DNA from: an uncultured Erysipelotrichaceae bacterium
GTDB lineage: Bacteria > Bacillota_I > Bacilli_A > Erysipelotrichales > Erysipelotrichaceae
DNA length: 22,142 nt
Assembly: GCA_964401865.1 (NCBI GenBank)
Contig: CAYNZZ010000018.1
Location: 1-22,142 of the forward strand
Direction: 5' to 3'
Shown here one piece after another: positions 16,236 to 22,142 of this stretch. The notes beneath the pieces were generated by a model. It had not been told where the DNA came from. It did not search any database and worked only from the letters and a program-made list of their open reading frames with translations. The position numbers were made by a program, and so were the translations under genes. Every line of letters begins with the position of its first letter. The first letter of the stretch is position 1.

Positions 16236-17424
16236 ATGAAAAAAATATTATTAAGTGTATTTGCCATGTTTATGGTAATATCGCTAGCTGCTTGTGGTAA
16301 TATCGCTAGCTGCTTGTGGAAAAAGCAACGAGACAACAAACGACTCTAACACGCCAAAATCAATCAAGATTGGTGGTTCTGGGCCACTAACTGGTAAAAA
16401 TGCAGTCTATGGTGAAAATGTTAGAGATGCATTTATGTTGGCGGTTGAAGAGATAAACGAAAAGGAAGGTTATGCTTTTTTTGAAGCCAATATGGAAGAT
16501 GATGAGGCTGATCCGACAAAATCTCCTAATGCTTATGGTTCGCTGAAGGATTGGGGCATGCAAGTTTCAATTTATACTACTACTTCGGCTGCTGGTATTG
16601 CTGTGGCAGAAGATTATTATAATGACCGTATTTTTGCAATTACACCATCTGGTTCCAATCCACAATTGGTATATAGTTCTGAGAAAAACTATGATAATCT
16701 GTTCCAGGTGTGCTTTACAGATCCAAACCAAGGTATTGCTGCTGCTGATTATATCGCAAGTAATAATTTAGGTTCTAAAGTAGCGGTTATTTATCGTTCT
16801 GATGACGATTTTTCAACATCAATATACAATACTTTTATTTCTAAGGCAGAAAAATTAAATATCAACGTTGTTTATGAAGGTTCGTTTACATCAGTTGATA
16901 GCGATTTTTCGATTCAATTAAAAGATGCCCAGTCTAAGGGCGCTGATTTAGTTTTCTTGCCAATTTACTATGATCCTGCTGCTATTATTCTTACTCAAGC
17001 AAATAAGCTAGATTATAAACCTGTCTTCTTTGGTGTTGATGGTATGGACGGCGTTCTATCAGTCAAAGGTTTTGATGCAAGTTTAGCTGAAGGTGTATAT
17101 CTTTTGACACCATTTGCAGCCGATGCCAGTGATGAGGCAACCGTACACTTTGTAACTGCATTTAAAGAAAAATATGGTTATACTCCTTCACAATTTGCAG
17201 CTGATGCTTATGATGCTGTTTATGCAATTTATCAAGCCTGCAAAGCTGAAAACATCACTGGTGAAATGTCGAGTGAAGAGATATGTGAATTATTGATTAA
17301 ACAATTTACATCAATGTCTTTTGAGGGAGTTACAGGAACATCTACTTGGTCTGCAAATGGCGAAGTATCGAAAACTCCTAAAGCAGTTATAATTAATAAT
17401 GGCGTTTATGTAGCTGCTGAATAA
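16236..17424 (+). pseudogene. livJ: Branched-chain amino acid ABC transporter substrate-binding lipoprotein (LivJ-type), frameshifted by a 22-bp tandem duplication
   Basis: The ATG at 16236 (SD AGGGAG) encodes MKKILLSVFAMFMVISLAAC (lipobox LAAC), then goes out of frame and stops at 16347-16349. The Peripla_BP_6-like mature domain (IKIGGSGPLTGKNAVYGE...) is in the ORF called from GTG 16294. Removing one repeat copy gives one 388-aa ORF. Confidence 0.8.
16273..16319 (+). repeat. Perfect direct tandem duplication, 22-bp unit TGGTAATATCGCTAGCTGCTTG x2 plus 3-nt TGG continuation
   Basis: Positions 16273-16297 are identical to 16295-16319. The period is 22, which is not a multiple of 3. Confidence 0.97.
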
Positions 17425-17438
17425 TAAAAATATACTTA

Positions 17439-17472
17439 CTAAGGTTGCATCTTGGCGCAACCTTAGTTTTAT
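17439..17472 (+). terminator. Stem-loop plus T-run between livJ and livH (terminator or attenuating hairpin)
   Basis: CTAAGGTTGC (17439-17448) and GCAACCTTAG (17457-17466) are exact complements around an 8-nt loop. They are followed by TTTTAT. Confidence 0.75.
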
Positions 17473-17492
17473 AAATTTAATAGGGGGATATT

Positions 17493-18374
17493 ATGACTTT
17501 TCTATCGTATTTAATATCAGGAATAGGTTTAGGATCGGTGTATGCAATTATTGCTCTGGGTTATTCTATGGTTTATGGTATTGCTAAGATGTTGAACTTT
17601 GCTCATGGTGATGTAATTATGATTGGGGCGTATGTTGCTTATTTTATGGTCAATTCTTTCGGCATGCCGAACATCGTCATGATACTGGTTTCAATCTTAG
17701 TTTGCGCTTTGCTTGGCATCTTAATCGAAAGATTGGCTTATAAACCTTTAAGGCAAGCTTCTTCTCTGTCGGTTTTAATTACGGCAATAGGCGTTTCTTA
17801 TCTTTTACAAAACTCAGCCCAATTATTTTGGGGATCATCTAGCAGAATGTTTACATCTATTGTTGGCGATGGCTCACTTTCTTTATTTGAAGGTAGGTTA
17901 TTGATTTCTTATATCAATATCGTGACCATTGTGGTATGTATTTTAGTTATGATTTTTCTAACGCTTTTTATCAATCACACTTCTACTGGTCGTGCAATGC
18001 GTGCTTGTTCTGAAGATAAAGATACGGCTATGTTGATGGGGATTAATGTAGATACCACTATTTCGATCACATTTGCAATTGGTTCTGTTTTGGCTGCTAT
18101 TGCGGCTGTATTGTTATGTTCAACATATCCATCTATCACTCCAACCATGGGTTCTATGCCGGGTATTAGAGCTTTTACAGCAGCGGTATTTGGGGGTATT
18201 GGCTCTATTCCCGGAGCATTTATAGGCGGAATATTACTGGGCATCATTGAATGTTTAGCTAAGGCTTATATTTCTACCCAATTATCAGATGCGATTGTTT
18301 TTATGGTTTTAATTATCGTTCTTTTACTTAAACCTACTGGTTTATTGGGCAAAAAGATTTCCGAAAAGGTATAG
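17493..18374 (+). CDS. livH: Branched-chain amino acid ABC transporter permease (LivH type)
   Basis: 293 aa with about 8 hydrophobic helices. The N-terminus GLGSVYAIIALGYSMVYG and the GRAMRACSEDKDTAMLMGI loop are typical of LivH. SD AGGGGGA. Confidence 0.9.
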   Translation: MTFLSYLISGIGLGSVYAIIALGYSMVYGIAKMLNFAHGDVIMIGAYVAYFMVNSFGMPNIVMILVSILVCALLGILIERLAYKPLRQASSLSVLITAIGVSYLLQNSAQLFWGSSSRMFTSIVGDGSLSLFEGRLLISYINIVTIVVCILVMIFLTLFINHTSTGRAMRACSEDKDTAMLMGINVDTTISITFAIGSVLAAIAAVLLCSTYPSITPTMGSMPGIRAFTAAVFGGIGSIPGAFIGGILLGIIECLAKAYISTQLSDAIVFMVLIIVLLLKPTGLLGKKISEKV

Positions 18375-18376
18375 GT

Positions 18377-19468
18377 GTGAGTATGAACAAAATTAAAAAT
18401 TCTTTTAAAAAAATGTTTGGCCACAAACATCGTTCAATGACAATTTCGTATCTTTTGGTTATAGTCTTATACTTAGGCATTGAGGCTAGCTTGAATTTTG
18501 GCAAAATGCCTTCATTATTTAAGAACTTATTAGTTCCTTGTTGCTGTTATATCGTTTGTGCTCTTGCATTAAATTTGTGTGTAGGTCTATCAGGTGAGTT
18601 GTCTTTAGGACACGCCGGTTTTATGTCGATCGGAGCTTTTTCTGCCATTATTTTTTCTGGCTTGACGCAGTCGAGTGTTGATAACGGAATTTTGAGATTG
18701 ATTTTAGCCATTATTGTTGCAGCTTGTGTATCGGCGGTTTTTGGCTTTTTGATTGGAATACCGGTTTTAAAACTAACTGGTGATTATCTGGCTATTGTTA
18801 CTTTGGCTTTTTGCCAAATTATAGTGTCTTTGCTCAATAACTGTTACTTAGGTTTTGATTCTGACGGAGTAAAGTTTTCATTTATTAAAAATACCGTGGA
18901 ACTTAAAGAAGGTGGCAAGATGTTGTTAGGCGGGCCAATTGGGGCTTCGGGCACAAGTCGTATCTCTACATTTACAGTCGGGGTAATCTTAATTTTAATT
19001 ACATTAGCCATTATCTATAACTTGATTCATTCCAAGAATGGACGTGCTATTATGGCATGTCGCGATAATCGCATTGCAGCTTTGTCGGTTGGTATCAATG
19101 TCACAAGGACTAAGATGCTGGCTTTTGTCTTGTCAGCAGCTATCGCTGGAGCGTCAGGTGCATTATATGGGTTAAATTTTTCAACCTTAGCCCCTTCTTC
19201 TTTTACTTTTAATCAGTCGATATTGATATTGGTTTATGTTGTTTTGGGTGGTTTGGGCAATATTAATGGCACTATAATATCCACTATTGTTCTATATGTT
19301 CTTCCTGAAACATTGAGATCATTAAACGATTATCGAATGATTATTTATTCAATTGTCCTGATATTAATGATGATTATTTCCAATAATGATAAATTTAAAA
19401 CATTCTTTACCAATTGCATCGATAAGATCAAAACTAAGTTTCGCAGAAAATTAAAGGAGGTTGACTAA
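18377..19468 (+). CDS. livM: Branched-chain amino acid ABC transporter permease (LivM type)
   Basis: 363 aa polytopic protein. GELSLGHAGFMSIGAF and GRAIMACRDNRIAALSVGIN are typical of LivM. The start is ambiguous: GTG 18377, or ATG 18383 with AGGTG 5 nt upstream. Confidence 0.88.
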   Translation: MSMNKIKNSFKKMFGHKHRSMTISYLLVIVLYLGIEASLNFGKMPSLFKNLLVPCCCYIVCALALNLCVGLSGELSLGHAGFMSIGAFSAIIFSGLTQSSVDNGILRLILAIIVAACVSAVFGFLIGIPVLKLTGDYLAIVTLAFCQIIVSLLNNCYLGFDSDGVKFSFIKNTVELKEGGKMLLGGPIGASGTSRISTFTVGVILILITLAIIYNLIHSKNGRAIMACRDNRIAALSVGINVTRTKMLAFVLSAAIAGASGALYGLNFSTLAPSSFTFNQSILILVYVVLGGLGNINGTIISTIVLYVLPETLRSLNDYRMIIYSIVLILMMIISNNDKFKTFFTNCIDKIKTKFRRKLKEVD

Positions 19469-20232
19469 TGTCTGATTATATTTTACTGGTTAAGGACTTA
19501 GGTATTGACTTCGGAGGTCTTACTGCGGTTAATGGTTTTGACTTAAAGATTGGCAAAAATGAGATTTATGGTCTGATAGGTCCTAATGGAGCTGGTAAAA
19601 CGACAGTGTTTAATATGCTTACCAAGGTTTACCAGCCCACAAGAGGTACAATTATTTTTGATGGTCAAGATACAAAAAATATGACTACTATTGATGTTAG
19701 TAAAGCCGGGATTGCTAGGACTTTTCAAAATATTCGTCTATTTCAAGAACTAAGTGTTATAGATAATGTGAAAGTCGGAATGCACAATGAATTGAGTTAC
19801 TTTACTATAGCTGGAATTCTAAAAACCAAGAAATATCGTGAACAAGAAAAAAGGGTTCATGATAAAGCGCTGGAATTATTAAAAATATTTAATCTAGAAT
19901 CTTTTGCGGATATAAAATCAAAAAATCTTCCATATGGTGCGCAAAGGAAATTAGAAATTGTCAGAGCATTAGCTACTAACCCTAAATTGTTATTACTGGA
20001 TGAACCGGCAGCTGGCATGAACCCTACTGAAACCGAAGAACTGATGCAAATTATTCGCTTGTTACGTGATAAGTTCAATATTGCGGTATTGCTTATTGAA
20101 CACGATATGAAACTAGTGATGGGTGTTTGCGAAAGGATTACCGTGTTAAATTTTGGACAAGTTTTAATGGAAGGAACGCCTAGTCAGGTTCAAAATGATC
20201 CGGAAGTTATTAAGGCATATATAGGTGATTGA
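19468..20232 (+). CDS. livG: Branched-chain amino acid ABC transporter ATP-binding protein (LivG type)
   Basis: Walker A GPNGAGKTT, Walker B LLLDEPAAGMN, and an H-loop region IEHDM. SD AAAGGAGG. 1-nt overlap with the livM stop. Confidence 0.92.
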   Translation: MSDYILLVKDLGIDFGGLTAVNGFDLKIGKNEIYGLIGPNGAGKTTVFNMLTKVYQPTRGTIIFDGQDTKNMTTIDVSKAGIARTFQNIRLFQELSVIDNVKVGMHNELSYFTIAGILKTKKYREQEKRVHDKALELLKIFNLESFADIKSKNLPYGAQRKLEIVRALATNPKLLLLDEPAAGMNPTETEELMQIIRLLRDKFNIAVLLIEHDMKLVMGVCERITVLNFGQVLMEGTPSQVQNDPEVIKAYIGD

Positions 20233-20938
20233 TATGTTAGAAGTCAGAGATTTACATGTTTCTTACGGCATGATTGATGCAGTAAAAGGGATTGATTTTA
20301 AGGTCAATGATTCTCAAATCGTTGCCTTGATTGGTGCGAATGGCGCCGGTAAAACCACCACCATGCATGCACTGTCTGGTTTATTGAAGGTTAAACAAGG
20401 AGAAATACTGCTTGATGGTGTTGATTTAGTAAAAATTAAACCGAATAAGATTGTTGGTATGGGTCTTATACAAGTTCCGGAGGGAAGACATGTATTTACA
20501 CAAATGAGTGTCGAAGAAAATTTGATGTTAGGTTCTTATCTAAGAAAAGATAAAGATAGTATTGCAAATGATTTCAAGTATATATATGATTTATTTCCAA
20601 GGCTATCAGAAAGAAAAAAACAATTAGCGGGTACATTGTCTGGTGGCGAGCAACAAATGTTGGCAATAGCGAGAGCGTTGATGTCAAAACCAAAAGTATT
20701 ATTGTTAGATGAACCGTCAATGGGTTTGTCTCCGTTACTGGTAAAAGAAATATTCGCGATAATTAAAGATGTAAATAAAAGAGGTACTACTGTTTTTGTG
20801 GTTGAACAAAATGCCAAGATGGTGCTAGAGATTGCCGACTATGCGTATGTAATGGAAACGGGTAAAATTGTATTAGAAGGCAGCGGAAAGAAATTGGCTA
20901 CTTCGCCAGAAGTTCAAAAGGCATATTTAGGAGGATAA
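20225..20938 (+). CDS. livF: Branched-chain amino acid ABC transporter ATP-binding protein (LivF type)
   Basis: Walker A GANGAGKTT, signature LSGGEQQML, Walker B LLLDEPSMGLSP. 8-nt overlap with livG. Confidence 0.92.
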   Translation: MIDMLEVRDLHVSYGMIDAVKGIDFKVNDSQIVALIGANGAGKTTTMHALSGLLKVKQGEILLDGVDLVKIKPNKIVGMGLIQVPEGRHVFTQMSVEENLMLGSYLRKDKDSIANDFKYIYDLFPRLSERKKQLAGTLSGGEQQMLAIARALMSKPKVLLLDEPSMGLSPLLVKEIFAIIKDVNKRGTTVFVVEQNAKMVLEIADYAYVMETGKIVLEGSGKKLATSPEVQKAYLGG

Positions 20939-20942
20939 TTAT

Positions 20943-21587
20943 ATGTATGTTAAAGATTGGATGACATCGGATCCGGTATGTTTAAAAGCGAGCGATTCAA
21001 TAAACTTAGCTTTTAAAGCGATGAAAGAAGGACAATTTCATCGTGTTCCTATTGTTGAAGGAAAGAAACTTATTGGGCTAATCACTGAATCAACATTGGC
21101 TGATTATACTCCGAGTAAGGCGACTACACTTTCAATTTATGAGATGAACTCTATCTTGCAAAAAACTACATGTGGCGATGTGATGATTAGAAATGTAGTG
21201 ACAATTAATGAAGACGCTCTGTTGGAAGAAGCGGCTGACAAAATGAATGTTAATGGTGTTGCCTGTTTGCCGGTGGTTAATGAAAACAATATTGTTATTG
21301 GTATTATTACCCAAAAAGCTATATTTAAAGCATTCGTTGAACTGATGGGTTATTATTCTAATGGTTCGAGAATTGTTGTTGAAGTTAAGAAAGATGAGTG
21401 TGGCATCTTAAAAGATATTGCTAGTATTATCTCTGAAGCTGGTATAAGCATTACTCATATGAATGTTTATCGTGGTACTGAAATTAAGATAGTGATAAGA
21501 AATGATGAAACTGATGCTGATAAAGTGGCGACTTTGCTAAGAGCGAATGGATATTATGTAAGTGATGCTCGTAGTGCAAAGAAATAA
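20943..21587 (+). CDS. CBS-pair plus C-terminal ACT-domain protein (AcuB-like architecture)
   Basis: 214 aa. Two CBS motifs (HRVPIVEGKKLIGLITESTL and VACLPVVNENNIVIGIITQKAIF), then an ACT-like beta-alpha-beta-beta-alpha-beta segment (SRIVVEVKKDECGILKDIASIISEAGISITHMNVY...). Length and layout match B. subtilis AcuB as I recall it. It starts 4 nt after livF, with SD AGGAGG. Confidence 0.8.
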   Translation: MYVKDWMTSDPVCLKASDSINLAFKAMKEGQFHRVPIVEGKKLIGLITESTLADYTPSKATTLSIYEMNSILQKTTCGDVMIRNVVTINEDALLEEAADKMNVNGVACLPVVNENNIVIGIITQKAIFKAFVELMGYYSNGSRIVVEVKKDECGILKDIASIISEAGISITHMNVYRGTEIKIVIRNDETDADKVATLLRANGYYVSDARSAKK

Positions 21588-21592
21588 AAATA

Positions 21593-21633
21593 AAAAGGTT
21601 TTGGCAAATATATTCCAAAGCCTTTTATTTTAT
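21593..21633 (+). terminator. Rho-independent terminator ending the liv / CBS-ACT operon
   Basis: AAAAGGTTTTGG (21593-21604) pairs with CCAAAGCCTTTT (21615-21626) as 12 bp with one G-U pair and a 10-nt loop. A T-rich tail TTTTATTTTAT follows. Confidence 0.8.
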
Positions 21634-21683
21634 CGAATTTGAGTAAAATGATAAAAACGAGACGATTATCGTTTTTCATGCAA

Positions 21684-21719
21684 AGGATTTCCTTGTGTAG
21701 GGAATCCTCTTTTCTTTTG
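21684..21719 (+). terminator. Second plus-strand terminator-like hairpin in the convergent intergenic region
   Basis: AGGATTTCC (21684-21692) pairs with GGGAATCCT (21700-21708) as 9 bp with one G-U pair and a 7-nt loop. It is followed by CTTTTCTTTT. No gene lies between it and the previous terminator. Confidence 0.45.
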
Positions 21720-21722
21720 GTT

Positions 21723-21750
21723 AAAAAAACCTGATGATCAATTCATCAGG
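21723..21750 (-). terminator. Rho-independent terminator for the minus-strand winged-helix ORF
   Basis: CCTGATGA (21730-21737) pairs with TCATCAGG (21743-21750) around a 5-nt loop. The A7 run at 21723-21729 gives a U7 tract on the minus strand. It lies 3 nt downstream of the TGA stop (21754-21756). Confidence 0.8.
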
Positions 21751-21753
21751 TAA

Positions 21754-21987
21754 TCATTTTATGACTTTCCAATAACCATTTTTGTTTGAACCAACTCTTT
21801 CGATAAATCCTTTTTCTTTTAGATTGGAAAAATATCTCTGCACACTTCTAAATGGAATATTTAATTCTTCGCTCATATTTTTAGCTGAGAGATAAGGGGA
21901 TTCTTCTAGCTTTGATAAGATCAAGTTTTCTCTCGGGTCAAGATCTTCTCTATTTACGCCATTTATTGCGCCATTATTACACTTAAT
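21754..21987 (-). pseudogene. Winged-helix DNA-binding domain ORF without an ATG at its 5' end: a 5'-truncated remnant, or a 56-aa TTG-initiated mini-regulator
   Basis: The open minus-strand frame IKCNNGAINGVNREDLDPRENLILSKLEESPYLSAKNMSEELNIPFRSVQRYFSNLKEKGFIERVGSNKNGYWKVIK is bounded upstream by TAA (21988-21990). The only in-frame starts are TTG at 21924 (weak SD) and an ATG that leaves 37 aa. The sequence resembles C-terminal wHTH modules found on larger ATP-binding/AlbA_2-type regulators. Confidence 0.4.
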
Positions 21988-22142
21988 TTATAGTTATAGG
22001 ATATTAAAAAACTCCTTTCCCATAACCACCAGCTAGTAGCGGATATGTAAAGGAGTTAAAATTATTCTTACTTAATAGATAAATTGGAATTTGAATAACA
22101 CAATTTTATAGCCTCTTAGCAGAGGTTATAGTCTATCAATAA

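Noticed and set aside
1052-21314. Sixteen ORFs of 60-123 aa from the six-frame track lie inside or antisense to the larger genes: 1052-1240-, 1369-1689-, 2621-2992+, 4471-4653+, 5121-5432-, 6279-6539-, 8700-8924-, 11700-11894+, 11704-12060-, 12792-13085-, 13710-13991-, 17975-18247-, 19543-19728-, 19857-20078-, 20536-20817-, 21132-21314-.
   Set aside because: Each is fully or mostly embedded in a longer ORF that has clear family motifs. They lack SD sequences, and their translations are low-complexity (Phe/Ile/Asn/Ser-rich), as expected for shadow frames in AT-rich DNA.
1-22142. I scanned for CRISPR arrays, tRNA or rRNA genes, IS elements or transposases, integrases, toxin-antitoxin pairs and known defence-system genes.
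   Set aside because: There are no regularly spaced direct repeats, no T-loop GGTTCGAATCC-type motifs, no transposase or integrase-like ORFs, and no long terminal inverted repeats. Gene content is core metabolism, envelope and transport.

Overview
This is a low-GC Bacillota-type chromosomal segment. TGA is used as a stop codon (for example at the end of glmM), so it does not use genetic code 4. It is densely coding and mostly housekeeping. I see four co-directional plus-strand gene blocks and two minus-strand genes. (1) ogt on the minus strand sits divergent from a tight XRE / small 4Fe-4S protein / GyrI-like / MazG-like block. (2) A minus-strand TraB-family membrane protein sits divergent from the conserved cdaA-cdaR-glmM (c-di-AMP / GlcN-1-P) operon, which ends in a strong terminator. 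(3) A gene string with no evident internal terminator runs from 7836 to 15993: OmpR-type response regulator, histidine kinase, alpha/beta hydrolase, a MurF-like ligase with a polytopic membrane N-terminus, Ddl, DeoD, a 34-codon hydrophobic micro-ORF, a VanY-type DD-carboxypeptidase lipoprotein and a class B sortase. (4) A LivJHMGF-type branched-chain amino acid ABC transporter is followed by a CBS-CBS-ACT (AcuB-like) protein. I found no rRNA, tRNA, CRISPR array, transposase or recognisable defence system. The clearest anomaly seen directly in the sequence is a perfect 22-bp tandem duplication that frameshifts the lipoprotein signal peptide of the transporter's binding protein. The next most interesting items are the atypical architecture of the cell-wall block (membrane-anchored MurF-like ligase, Lys/Gly/Thr-rich insertion in Ddl), a long acidic tail on CdaA, and a 5'-truncated winged-helix remnant next to structured non-coding DNA at the 3' edge. 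All family assignments rest on motifs recognised by eye; no database search was possible. Overall the window looks ordinary rather than like a novel system.
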